Assembly (NCBI GenBank): GCA_020536535.1 | Contig: JAHLWZ010000351.1 | Span: 1 to 64,000 of the forward strand | DNA length: 64,000 nucleotides | Origin: Pelomyxa schiedti | Taxonomy: Eukaryota > Protista > Evosea | Reading direction: 5' to 3' | Shown: positions 51,401 to 64,000 of the stretch, piece after piece | Layout: each line of letters opens with the position of its first letter | Position numbering within the stretch: the stretch's first letter is position 1 | The notes under the pieces: model-generated | Told to the model about the DNA's origin: nothing | The model's database searches: none | What the model saw: the letters and a program-made list of their open reading frames with translations, nothing else | Position numbers and translations under genes: made by a program

Positions 51401-54400
51401 AATAGAATCTTACAAACACTAAACTTTTCATCCTGCCTCCGTCTTCAGTTTCATTTTAGCAATGACGGAAGGGAAGAAGAGGCTTTGCGTTCATTTTGGG
51501 AAGACGTTGGAATATCTGTCTTTGACTGTATGGTGAAAGTTGGTCCTGAAATGGAGAACCCCACACGAAGCTACTCAATGCAGCTCTTCTTTGATCAAGC
51601 TGGTACTTTTACAGAAGAACTTTCTGTAGCATCCAGGAGTTCTTCGACCAATGAAAACACCGTTTTGGTACCTGTCATAGTTTTTACTCCTACTCGGGCA
51701 GTACTTCTTCCTCACCAGAAAGTTGCATCAAACCGGATTGTTAGACAGTATGGTGCATGCAACTTCATGATAGCGCACTTCAGAGACGAGAATCTTGATA
51801 GGTTGCCTCCTCAAGAACCTCTTCTTCAACAGAGAGTATCTGACATCTTGACTGCTGGTATGGAAATTTCTGGAAAACGATTTACGTTCTTGGGTTGCAG
51901 TGCATCCCAACTGCGAGCCAATTCCTGTTGGATGTGCTGCCTTGATAGTGACTCCGTCCGCGAGAAAATGGGCGACTTTTCCAGTATTAAGTGTGTTGGA
52001 AAATATCTGTCACGGATTGGATTGTCTTTCACATCGACAACTGATGTGGGTTGCTTTGAACATAGTGTCATACCTGACATTGAACATGGAGGGTTTACAT
52101 TCAGCGACGGAATTGGAAAAGCAAGCTTACATGTAATGCAATCCATTTTTAGATTACAGCATCTGGAAGAAATTCCAAGTGCAATACAAGTTCGCTACAG
52201 TGGCTGCAAAGGTGTTCTAGCTCTGGATCCCACCATACCTGCAGATGGACCCCAAATTGCCATACGACCCAGTATGATAAAATTCTCCTCCCCTTTAAAG
52301 ATGTTGGAGCTAGTCGGAGTTGCCCAGAGCCTCCCACTATACTTGAACCGCCAAATCATCATGCTGCTCTCCAGTTTGGGGGTGCCTGACTTTTCCTTCA
52401 CTGCCATTCTCGAAAAAAACATGCAATTAATGGATGACATCCTGACAAATGAAGAAGTGGCCAAGATGGTTCTCCAGCGTCACACAGATCTCAGGGTCGG
52501 TGCTCTATCTGCAGCTGGAATTCTTTTTCTCGAGGAACCTTACCTTTTCCGACTGATTCATGCCATTTACCGGACCGAATCAAAGGAGTTAAGGAGGAGA
52601 GCACGCTTACACGTGGAGAAAGGGGCTACGTTAATGGGAACTTTGGACGAAACACGTACTCTGCAAGAAAGACAAGTCTTTGTATCATATCGTGGAAACA
52701 CCAGACAAACTGGGACTGTCCTTGTTTGGAAAAATCCTTGCCTCCATCCTGGCGATGTGCAGGTTTTTACTGCCATAGATGTACCCTCACTGCATCATAT
52801 GCATGATTGCATTTGTTTTCCATCCTGTGGTAGCCGTCCCCATCCTAATGAGTTATCTGGCAGCGACTTGGATGGAGATTTGTATTGCGTGTGTTGGGAC
52901 GAATCTTTATTCCCTCCAACCACTCACCCTCCCATGGAATCCGAGCCTCCGGCTCCCCGTGAGAAAAATCGGCCAATAACCACAAAGGATCTTCACAAAT
53001 TCTTTGTGAAGTACCTTGCCAACGAGCAGCTAGGCGTCATCAGCCACGCTCACCTCGTTCTTGCAGACCGCTGTGACTTGGGAGCACTGGATCCTCGTTG
53101 TATTAGCATTGCCAAGATGCATTCCATCGAAGTGGATTTCCCGAAAACTGGCTTGCATGTGGAGCTGCCCAAAGAGCTCAGACCCACTTCTTATCCAAGT
53201 TACATGGAAAAAAGTGATCGGAAATCGTATGTGAGCTCCAAGGTACTGCAAGTGCTCTACGACAGGTGTGAGGGAATGGTGGAAACCCAGAGCGGTATCG
53301 GCACCAATAGCATTGTACAACCAGACAGTAAAATGCTAGTCTCTGAATTTCTGGTTCACGTACAGTGGGCAAAAGGGCTCTACAAAGAGTATTGCTCACA
53401 ACTCCATTCCACCTTGAGGTTATATGGTTGTGGAACGGAAGCTGAAATAGCTACTGCTTGTCTGGACAAGCAGTACTCCCCTCTGTTTAGCTTCCAACAA
53501 GCAAAAGGAAAATTTCAGAACCTCCAAAAATATTTTGCTGGTCTTTTTAACAGCTCTACGTGCAGCGATTCCCCAGATGTCCGTGCAGCCAAAGCTAGTG
53601 CCTGGTATTATGTTGCTTATAGTAGCAAGAAGTCAATCCTATCATTTGCGTGGTCAATAGAATCTGTGCTCACCGAACTTATTCGTTTCAAGCTTCACCA
53701 AAGTGGGCAGCCATACATTCCTAACAACAGTAAAACCCTGGCCTTTGCTCAATCTGTTTTTGAATCCCTGTGGCATCCCTCAGAACAATTCACATCCTAC
53801 CTTGACCGGGAAGCTGTAGTACACAGTGTAAAAATTGCAGTTGCTTCCGTGCTACCTTCGGCCGAGGTTCATTTGTATGGTTCTTCCTCTTACTTCTTAT
53901 TTCGGGAGGACTCTGACATCGATATATCGATCTCCACTTCAACTTGCGGCAGCGTGGAAATTCTTACGAAGATTCTGCCTCATGTAACCTTTTTTTCCCC
54001 AAGTGCGCATATAAATCAGGCCATTCCTCTGATACGAGCCGAGCTTCATGGATTTGGAGTTGATATAACAATTAACTCTTCTGGTGTTGATAAGTGTCAT
54101 CTCCTGCGCAATTATATTGCGTCATATCCACCACTCTTTCTTATTTTGCACTTGATCTCAAATTGGGCACATAATGCAGGGTTGATAACACATCACAAAG
54201 ACTCTCCTTTTACCACTTTTGGACTATGTTGGGCAGTAATACATTTTACCCCCTGTTTGACCTCAGTCCTGCCAAGTTGCTCAGAAATACAATGCAAAGG
54301 CCCCCAATCTGACCTGGAGGAATGGTGGAAAACTGTGTCCCGTGAACTTCAGTGCTCTTGGAGGGAAAATGCACACCTAATCACTTCATCAGTGAACCAG

Positions 54401-56408
54401 TTTCTATCCAACTGCGCCGAGAGCAAAGTTTTGGAGGTGGGGCTTCCAGATCCGATCGAGAAAGGAAAGTTCATTGTAGGTCCCTTGAGTGGTCAGAACC
54501 TATCATTAGTCAGGAAATGCGCTTCGTCTGCTTATCATACCATTCTATGGTGTTGGAATGCAACAATCTTACTAGAGTTAAAGCATACAAATGCAGTAGT
54601 CAGGGTCCCTGTGTCCACTATTTCTTCTTTTGAAAGCATCTCAGATCTCATCTCTTGCCTGACAAGCTTCGAGAAAGTGAATGTTTGTACCCCAAATGTA
54701 ATCATAACCACCTGAAACTCCTCCGCCGCTTAAAGGTCAAGCAACTCTCCATTGATTCATCTGTTACTGTTCTGGGAATTGAAGGTGAACCACGAGCAGT
54801 TCGTGCCTGCGTGAACCGCCTCCATCAGTTGGCCTCGACGTGTAGACTTCGTGGACAACTCATATTTATTCAAGGATCAACCGTTTTTCTGTTCCAGGGA
54901 TCTCTTTTCGACTCTGACAAATTGGGTTTTACAAAGTACATGGGCCGAAAGCAGGTCTTTTCTTCCTTTTTTCCTGAGTCACTTCTTACCCTACTCCAAA
55001 GCCAAAACATCGTGGACTCAATGCCCATGAAGTTCGACTTCTTGCACCCGTTGGTGGAAATGACTGGGAACAAGTTTCATATGGAAAACTTCGTAAAACG
55101 GCGTTGCTTCAATTCGAAGCTCTTAAGCAAAGTTCTCTGCACCACAGGTATATGACTTTTGGTTGAGTCAAGATTGCTTTTTAAACTTACTGAAGTCATG
55201 TGGACTTCTTCGTGCGCTTTGGGAGAGGCTATGTCATGCACCTGGAGACATTGGACTCAACTGAAGAAATCAATATTTCGGCACTTGAAACAAGTGTCTC
55301 AAAGGAGCACAACCGTAAGCGGTACAAGGAATACACTGATAGACAATCAAAGAATGCATCTTCCAATGGTAATCCACCTTTTGATCTAAAAAAAGCCGAC
55401 TAATTTTGCCAGCAACTACAGAAATCAGGTTAACTAAGAAAGTCCGTGTCGGCAAACCAGTGGCAGGAGATTCATCAGCAGCACCCAAAACAACTGGCAC
55501 AAAGAAACACAAAAAAAAGGGTCCTTGCAGTGCATTTGTTACTGTATTTGAAGGCACACTTGACGATATTCTTCCTTTCCTAAGGTTTCGCTATTCATCC
55601 ACATTTCGTCTGTGTAGTAAATACCCCCGTTTTAGTGCTCACGGATTCAACTCCGAGCCACCCAGTAAAACCTATACAACGACAATGAGACTTTCCCAAG
55701 GGCACAGAGAGGTATGTATAACTTACGCCATGGTTTAATCACCGTTCACACTCTGCACCTTCATTCAGTATGTTGGGCACCTGGATTCTAATTTCAATTG
55801 CGTGGAACTCTTCCTCTCTAGAGTGCAGTGGCTTTCTGCCTTTCATTTCTTGTCTCATCCAGGGTACTAACAGCTGCTCTCTTTGACCCTATAACCCTTC
55901 TCTTCTCTTCTTGTCTATACTTTCAGTGGCATTCAGCCTCCGTGCTCTCGATTTTCACTGGTCTCAACAGAACGTGTTCCTGAAGAGGATCCACTTTTTG
56001 TGAATCTTTCAAGTGCCCCAATCTGCGTTCAACAGCAGGGACATATTGTTGTTTGCTCAAAGCTTGCTTCAGTGGTTACCCACATTAGAATATTTGATAC
56101 CTGCAAAATATTCTGCTGCCAAAAGAATGGCTTCAAAATATACATGTACTTCACCACCGTTCATTCCGAGAGCGTACCTGATACCACAGGCAGATTCCTT
56201 TTTTCGGTGGGTGCAAATTTCCCTCCATTTCTTATTCACTGATTGTTTTCCAAGGAAACCTGGAATGAAATTGAATTTCACATCCCACTTCGTGACACAC
56301 TTTGTGCAACCGTACTTGGAGACCCCTATTTGCAGGAATTATGTTGCCGCACCCTTTGGGAACTCACAAAGCAACTCAACAGTGCTCTGTCTCCTGATAC
56401 AAAAATGA
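48456..56408 (+). CDS. Fusion of a Dicer/RIG-I-type DExH helicase, a eukaryotic RNA-dependent RNA polymerase and a Pol-beta-type nucleotidyltransferase (TUTase/PAP-like), plus an unassigned C-terminus; 3' end uncertain
   Basis: Helicase motifs: TGTGKT, DEAH (49388), TASP, VFV and QSRGRAR (50447). RdRP motifs: QVRYSGCKG, KNPCLHPGD and DLDGD (52865). NTase motifs: YGS...DSDID (53879-53923) and VDITIN. In-frame GT-AG introns link the helicase to the exon starting at 51007. Confidence 0.9.
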
Positions 56409-56595
56409 CTGAGGGATAGATAAACACTGATGTTGCTTGGCCAAAAAAAAAGTTTATTTTCCCATACTTCCATTTTGTTTGTGGTTTTTGGTTTCTGGGC
56501 AAATTCAAGGAGAGGGCACAACTACAATGATGAAGCACTGAGAATTACTGGTGCCGGGTGGTAGCACGGTAGGGCTTTACTTGGTTCTCCCGCAC

Positions 56596-57823
56596 TTAGT
56601 ATCTGTAGCCTGGGAATTTCTGCCTGGGGGAACGAGCACTTTGTTGGGAATAAGTGTACACAGGCTGAAGAAGCTTTCCAGAGCTTGGAGAAACTCGCTG
56701 GAGTGGATGTAGACGCCCAAGTTGCGAGGAGGATTTGGGACGTCGAGGCAGAGGTTGTTGTGGCAATTGATCATAGTTGTAGGCAGGTTGATAAGAAGTG
56801 GTGGGCATGTATTTGAATACAACAGGCATGGCAGTAGGAATTTGAACAGGTACAACCATTGCATTTTGCCTTGCGGGCCTTGAATTTGGCATCTTGGGGT
56901 ATGTGAGTGAAGGAAAAAAAAACCCCAAGGGAGAGCATACAGTTGTGAAGGCAGGTTGTTCAGAAAACACCTCATCCCCAAATCTCGGACGGGAGGAATA
57001 GCTCCTATTATACAAGAGCACAGATGAGGTGGAAGATCGTTTGTAAGAATATTAATAGAGAAGGGTTTATAAATGAGTCGTGAAGTAGTAGTGACAGAAG
57101 GTAATGGAATCACAGAGTGGATAAAGGGGCATGATGCATGCAATTTCACCACCTGGTCCACAACCAAGAACGCGAGTGCGAGAAGTGATTTAGGTGTTAT
57201 TTGACAACGGGTATCTTACACAAGAGTGGGACGACGGGCTTGTGTCCTGACAGTGCGGCGAGGCTAGTATGGCAATATTGCGCTCGTGAGTTCAACAGAA
57301 TGAGGACCGCAGTCGTACATACAGGAATGGAAGACGCATAAGGATCACTGATAACGCGGGGTGCAACATATAACACCCTTTCTTCACGTATTGGTCTTCG
57401 TTGAAGCGGAGGTAGCTGTTGTGGTGCCTTCCTTCTAATTTGGATTGACGGCTGCCTTCCAGTAGATTGTATATTGAACACATTTGTGGGTATTTGTTGC
57501 TGCGGTTGTAGTGGGTGAGACCTATCGCCAAGTGGTTATGCCAGTGAAGAGCAATAACAATAAAAAGTAGGTGCAGCACGATAAATCGCGAGACACATGA
57601 AACCCAAGGCATATACAACGAAGCACCACAAAACAGCAAGTAATGATGGCAGAATCGGATACTTCTTTATCAATACAGTGCGTCGCCTTGGAATTGGTAC
57701 GGGCTGTTGAACTTGAGTAACTGGCATCCTTGGCTCCACGTTGGTCTGAATAGGTTGAACAGTATATCCCCTTGCAGCATTCTGAAGCCTTTTCCGGGCT
57801 GAATTTGCTCGCATACCAGCCAC
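56596..57823 (-). CDS. Hypothetical Pro/Gln/Arg-rich low-complexity protein; probably multi-exon
   Basis: Three successive minus-strand ORFs with similar P/Q/R-rich composition, separated by intron-like spacers. No domain recognised. Confidence 0.4.
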
Positions 57824-58399
57824 ATGTCGGTTGCGTGAGCTGTTCGGTTGCCGCCCCTATTATCGCGAGAAGGATTTGTGAGCGTTAATCTTTCCAAGCT
57901 CGAGCCTCCTCAACATGTGCTCGTAAACAAACCATTTGCCTCGAGTTACCACCACGAGCAACAGGTGTCTTTCCTTCTTTAATGATCGTATCTGCAAAAA
58001 GTCAATAACTCGCCGTAAGACGGGAAAAAAACTGCACGTAAGAATCGCCGTAACACGACTACAACAACAACAAAGAGAAATACCGAGAGATTGGCTCAAT
58101 CTGGCCTCGGCACTCGCATTTACGGCTGCGCTGTCGCCGGACATTGTGACACTACGCGTGTGGTGACTTGGTTTTCTTTTTTTGAAGTTTTCTTTTAACG
58201 AATTTTCGGTAACGCAGTTGCGGATCTGGGCAGATCCCCCTCAGTCCAAGGCACGCAGGGTCTGAGAAGCTCATAGGGTGTCGTTTCAAACGACAGTGCC
58301 GAGCAGAAAAAGTGTTCTTTCTTTGCAAGGTTGATTTTGTATTTACTAGGTTGGGGACTGGTAGTGATGTGATTGGAAGTACACAGACCAAAGCTAGCT

Positions 58400-60993
58400 T
58401 CATGTTAACCTGGGTCTTTTGCTGGATGGTGGTGTGGGTTGTGCAGCGGTGGTGCTAGTTGTGATGCTTGTGCTTGTGCTAGTTGTAGTTGTGTTGGACG
58501 TAGTGGGTTTTTGGTGTGACCCGGTGGCTGTTGCTGCTAGGCCTCCAAACATGAACTTGTCAAGGAATGAGCTTATGTCTAGTTTGTCCTTGGTGGTGAG
58601 GGGGCGACGGGGGAGTGATATCCGCTTGGGTGTTGTGAATAGGGAGGTGTAGGATGGGGGTGGCGGAGAGTGGTTGGCGGTTGGACTCTGGGAAGTGGCG
58701 GATGTGTTGTTTTCATTCCTTTCATTGCATTCTCTACTGGGTGAAGAGGGTGGTTGTTGAGAGGGTACAGTGGTTGTGTTTGGGGTGGAAGAACTTGGAG
58801 TACTACTAGTTTCAGAAAATGTAGCCGAAGAATTTTGGGAATTCGTTGTTGCCCCTCCACAAGGTTGCTGAGGTGGCTCCGGCTCACTATGTCCATCTGG
58901 ATCGTCCCCATAACTACCTTGACACTCACTAGAATCGGCAGAAGAAGGAGGTGAACCTAATAGAGTCAGACACAAGGAAGCCTAGAGGTACCTTACTTGT
59001 AAAGAATTTGCTTCTTACTATAACACGGCCATCCAATGGTGGTGCAAATCCATTTGGATGTGACCCTTTTTTGGACAAGTTATTTACAGTGTCTTTTGTG
59101 AGATAAATCAGTTATGAACTACCAGAGTATTCCTCTGTATCACTTCTGTCGCCATCGTAATCTTCATCTTCATCGACGTTTTCGTCTGTGTCGTCAGAAG
59201 CAAGAGTTGGTGGTACAATTTTGGCTCCTGAAGAGTCATCCGTTTTTACTACACAAAGTTGGTGGACGGAAACCCAAGTCAAGTTATACAGAAGAACTGT
59301 AACAAGGATGTTGACGTAGGAGCAGCTTTGTATTGCATGGGTAGAAGTGCGATACTTCCTGGTCTAGGTCTCAACGGTGATTCATTTTTTTTTGATTGGA
59401 AGGTGTGACTATCAACAGATCGCTCATTAGAAATTAGAGGTTTCAGCAGAACAAGTTCCGCTTGGGTTGTTGTAGAAGTAAAGGACTGGCGAGTAACAGG
59501 ATCTACATCGCCATTGGCAATGGAAACTGCTAAATCAGCAGGTAATGGGCTGTGGAGAGTTAAGTCAGAGAATCAAATAGATCTACTACCATCCTACGTT
59601 TTGTGCCAGCCACGTTCGGTCTTGCTCGTCTAGGGTGTCAGGCACGGGAGTAAGAGGTTTGACGCACTTTGATATAGGGTCGTAAATGTACTGATGGTCA
59701 AAGGTGAGTTCCGCATGTCTGTGAATAATGTCTTAATATAGGTGCACTAGTTGTACAATTAAAATACTTGAACTCCTCAATGTAATTGGCAGATAGCTTC
59801 TCTTTGTACTGAGTGATTACCTGCAAAAAAGTTGAATGAAAGAACGTGAAGAGCCAGTGTAACCTGCAGTACGTTCTGGTATTGGCTCATTTTGCTCACT
59901 GCAGTTTTTAGCCCAACACCGGGAATTGAGGGGAGATAGTCACACCCACTTAAAATGCAAGCTTGACGCAACATCTAATGAATTGAAAATGAGTGTCAGC
60001 TGGAATATGTGTAAAATTAAACCGTCTTTGTCAAGTTTTGAAATTGTGGATGGGCCAAAACATCTTCAAGCTTTACAAGGGTTCCTGTGCCTGTTGCTTT
60101 ATCCAGCTTGAAAATAACCTTCACATACTTAATTTCCAAAAGAAAGAATGAAATAATACACAAGGGCAGAAATATGGAATCATGTCAGAATCTTCAGTGA
60201 GTACAGCATCCACAAGGCCATTGCGAGCTAGATAGGCCATTTGTGCATCAGCTTCATGTGGGGCAACAATGCATTCAACCCCAAACTGAGACAATTGTCT
60301 CAGTGCCTGGCCAACAAATATCACATGATGAGAAAGGAAATACAAAATAACAAAGAGAATGGATACAAACGAGAATGAGAAGGTGTGCCATGTGTGGTGT
60401 CACATCCACTGCTTTCTGAAAGTAGTTTGTGGCAGTTTTCATGTCTCCTTTCTGAACATTTTGCTGGGCCGATATGAGGTTTTTCTCGCGATTTCTGGTT
60501 CAGTGTTACAATTTTTCATAAGTGCAGTTGGCATACTCTTTTCTTTTTTCCTCTTGGTGACGTTTGGCAGGAAGAGGAGCACCGTCAAAAACGAGAACGG
60601 GTTTTACACCAGCATGCAATAACAGATGCACCATATTCAAACAGTACTGTATGTACCTAAATTCCTCGTCTTACAAAACAAAAAATACTGTAGCCAAAAC
60701 TCAACAAGCACAAGCATAGAGAAAAATGCTGGAAAAAAAAAAAAAAAACCCACGACATACTTGTTGGTGGGTTGGTGCTGACACAACTCGAGGGAACACG
60801 AAAAAGAGCCCTTGTGTAACCAACTATACGCATCCACCGCCACCTTGCGGCCCTTAAATTCAACTAGACTTACGGTCCTGCTGCACCCAGCACCAAGCAC
60901 CAACGGCAAAAGTCCGGAGATCCCCGTGGTTGCTGGTTGTGCCCCTGCTTTTGTTTCAGTTTTGTGCAAATTAGATCTAAAACTATCGTTCAT
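58400..60993 (-). CDS. EXO1: Exonuclease 1 (XPG/FEN1 family); start codon unresolved
   Basis: XPG-N GISGLLP and VAVDAYSWLHKG (WLHKG is EXO1-typical). XPG-I APHEADAQMAYL..TEDSD. H3TH motif ILSGCDYLPSIPGVGLKTA. S/T/P-rich C-terminal tail. Confidence 0.9.
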
Positions 60994-61264
60994 ACAGGTT
61001 TTGTGTTTCTCAGGTATTTAAGACTGAGGGGAAAGTATTGGTTGTGTTGAGGAGTGGAGAGCGATTGGAGATTGGTGATTGCGGACATGGGAGGTCTCCC
61101 GAAGGTCTGTTCTTCTCAATACCACTGTCAAGTATTCACAGTTGATTTTTCGTTTTTTCGCGGAGTTTGTTTGTGTAGCGCATTCTCAAAAGTTTCTTTT
61201 TTTCCTTTCCCATTTTTGTTGCTTGCTCTTGAGCCTCGTCACGTGGAGCAACACAAACGCACAA

Positions 61265-61471
61265 TTAAAAGAAAACACGCACAAAATAAACACCCAGTGA
61301 GATGGACTTGTTGCTGTCTCCGTCCTCTTCCGCGAGTTTGTCTTTGTCTTCTGCGTCTATCAGCACTTCATTGTCCATGTCGGAAAGTATTAGCTCCTCG
61401 GTGTCTGCATCTTCGTCGTCGTTGTCATCTTCGTCTACGATTAGCGCGTTTGGCGAGTTTTGGTGCGGCAC
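61265..61471 (-). other. Acidic coding-like segment; possible upstream exon of EXO1 or a separate small gene
   Basis: DEDDNDDEDADTEELILSDMDNEV... ends at a phase-1 GT donor (61293). Confidence 0.3.
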
Positions 61472-61590
61472 TGATATTTGGGGACCGATTTACGAATCCA
61501 ACGTCACGACATGTGTCATCTCAGTGTATGTGGCATAATTGCAACACAACAATACGAATACACATACAAACAAAAAATATCAGGGTTATT

Positions 61591-64000
61591 ATGGCACTTC
61601 GAATTGTGTACTTCCCGTTACTGTGCGGACGTTTCGTCCAGGCTATAAGACGGAAAAACATTGGAGCGCGCAAGAGGTGTGCCTGTCTGCATCACTTCAT
61701 CTCTAACCGGTTACAGGTCAATCAAATACCGTATTCAACTGGGGTGTTGTGGCGTCATCTCCTGTGTTTCTGTGATTGAGTTGATTGTATTCAACGCACT
61801 GTTTTGGCCAATGCAACCGAACTCCTATCTTACCTACAATTGCATTGTGGGAGGCTGCATGTATATGCTTGCAGTTGCAATCATGGTTCTTGAGCGTAGA
61901 GCCTTTATGCCTCATAATTGGATCTTACGCTCATGGTGGACCCTGGAATTCTTTGTCAGTCCATTTCCTTTATGCTTCCTTTTAACAATAAAAAGGAATA
62001 CTCTATGGAATTGCCTTTTGAAGTTGCAGTTGTCTCTAGCTGGTCATTGGCCGACTGTGCTTGGTTGATTACAATTCTTTGTCAATTAGTGCTGTGTTCC
62101 CTCCTTCTCTTGCCCCAAGAGGCCTTGTACAGTCAACCACCAAGTGATGACATTTTTGCAGCCATTCACGCAACAACACCACCCCCACAATCAGAATCTC
62201 CAGCTCCTTTGACAATTCCACGGGCCAGCTCAAGCAAAAAGCCTGTTAGTGAAAAAACACCACTTCTCCCTGGAGATACTGAAATGGATTCAGTTTCCCG
62301 TATTCCAACAGCAACTTCGAAAGGTTACTCTGATTTAGAAGGTTAATTTTGTCACACTTTTCGGTGGTGCTAAATTTCACAGCCTCCCACCACAAAGACC
62401 CCGACTCTGTCAATCCATTTGCTTACGTCACTTTTGGTTTTGTGCACAAAATTTTAAATTCAGATGGTGTTAATAAACCCCAGTATGTAATACAATACCC
62501 GTTAGGAACCTCTAATGTATCACCAAGTGAGCGTCTACAAATAAGCACTCTTACTGATCTTGCGCATTCGGACACTTCTAAGCTCCTCTTAAAACAATTT
62601 AGCAAGCTCTGGGAGGAGGAAATGACCAGGCCGAAACCACACATAGCCCATGTGTTTTTTAAAATGTTCAAAAAGACGTTCATCATTGGTGGCCTGTGCA
62701 AGCTTTGCCAAGTTCTTCTGCAATTTATGATCCCACTGTTTATGTACTGGCTGCTGAATTACATGGAAGAAGAAAATACAAGCGCTCTCCCAGCTGTTGC
62801 ATGTGCTGCTGCCATGTTTATATCTGGCGTGTCTGGCCTTCTACTTAGCAACCAGTATCTGTACAAGATGTATAGAATTGGCCAAAATGTGAGAACTTGT
62901 GTTACCACTGCCGTGTACAGCAAGTGTTTTGAGCTCGGCCAAGCGACTTTATCTCAAGTTCATAGCCTTCTCATTCAACATACAATCATAGAACATTAGG
63001 TTTCAATTGGCGTTATATGCAACTACATGTCAACGGATGCAGTTGCTCTTTGTGAAGGTACATTCAAATATTCGACAGAACACGTTTTACTCACTTTGTG
63101 TAGTGTTGCCCAATGTTCATCTCGTTTGGGTTCATCCTTTGGAGATAGCGATTGGCTTTGGTCTATTGCTGTGGATTATAGGATGGGCTTGCATATTTGG
63201 AGTTTCCTTCATTCTGGTATCTGTTCCTGGCAGCTTGGTCATTCTTGGCGTCCTGCAGAGGCACAAGAAAGATATGATTAATCACAAAGATACACGTGGT
63301 AGACTACTCAATGAGGTGTTACATGATATAAAGGTTCCCAAGAAGAAGGGAGTAAGTAAAAACTTACGTAAACAATACTAGACAGTAAAGCTGATGGTGT
63401 GGGAAGCTTATTTGCATGGAAAGTTAGATGCTGCCAGGAAACGCGAAGTCGACTCACTGTTGAAAAGTCTGTACGCGGTATGTTGCCTGGATTAAGACCC
63501 ACCCTCTCTCTAATTATTCCCAGAGGTCATGTCTCCAGGCCACAGCATGGTGCACAAATCCTTTGGTTGGATTATTCACATTTTTGATTTATGTTGCTGT
63601 ATGGCTTCACTATTTTTTTTTACACCCTCCAATATGAATAAGGTGTACCCTGATGATCCTTTGACTCCCGTGTCAGTTTTCGTTACACTTGGTCAGTTCT
63701 ACTTTACGGAGGAATACTTACTTACTTGAAAATAGCGGTGTTTGGAATGGTTGCTCTTCCAATTATAAAGCTTCCTCGAGTGCTATCTGAAGTGGTAAGA
63801 TATAGTTTAAACGGAATCAGGAATGTTACCTCCAGAATCACCTTGATTAGGTGCAATGCGGTCTCGCTCTTGGCCGCTTGACAAGGTTTCTTCTTTCAAC
63901 TCCGATGCAACCAGACAATCGTCTGGAACTTGCTATTGAAGACTCCTCTGCAGCTTCGGTGAGTTCCCCCTCCCTGGATGATAGTAACCAATTTATGGCA
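61591..64000 (+). CDS. ABC transporter C family (MRP-like): TMD0 and first TMD; runs off the window
   Basis: WILRSWW, DSVNPFAYVTFGFV, IGQNVRTCVTTAVYSK, NYMSTD, HLVW..P and DTRGRLLNEVL..IK..KL..WE are typical ABCC TMD1 motifs. The NBD is not reached and the start is uncertain. Confidence 0.88.

Noticed and set aside
50873-54715. Viral or endogenous-virus origin of the RdRP
   Set aside because: The DLDGD double-psi-barrel type is the cellular RNAi RdRP, not a viral GDD palm polymerase, and the gene has spliceosomal introns.
9557-60993. Nucleic-acid surveillance cluster (UPF2, RdRP fusion, EXO1)
   Set aside because: The genes are separated by many unrelated genes over 50 kb; chance co-location is sufficient.

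Overview
Gene-dense, intron-rich eukaryotic DNA with short GT-AG introns (about 40-110 nt). The gene content (Roco kinase, helicase-fused RdRP, integrin-beta-like receptor, divergent ankyrin-like family) suggests an amoebozoan, possibly a free-living archamoeba; this is inference only. I can support about 17 protein-coding loci: two nitroreductase copies flanking a 100-N gap, an FHA-RING protein, a minimal KS-AT-ACP type I PKS, a PPP phosphatase, UPF2, an ankyrin-like protein, an integrin-beta-like receptor head-to-head with a giant LamG/LRR/IPT/EGF receptor, a Roco kinase, an ankyrin-SAM protein, a BNR sialidase-like protein, a Dicer-type helicase-RdRP-nucleotidyltransferase fusion, a low-complexity hypothetical protein, EXO1 and a 3'-truncated ABCC transporter. 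I saw no rRNA, tRNA, CRISPR array or recognisable transposon. Best leads: (1) one gene encoding helicase, RdRP and a TUTase/PAP-like NTase, activities that are separate subunits in characterised RNAi amplification complexes; (2) an integrin-beta-like protein with an unusual CDG/CGxC stalk, 275 bp from a non-integrin-alpha partner; (3) a stand-alone bacterial-looking PKS module next to a nitroreductase; (4) an EXO1 whose conserved start codon reads ACG. Exon boundaries were inferred by eye, and no database searches were run.
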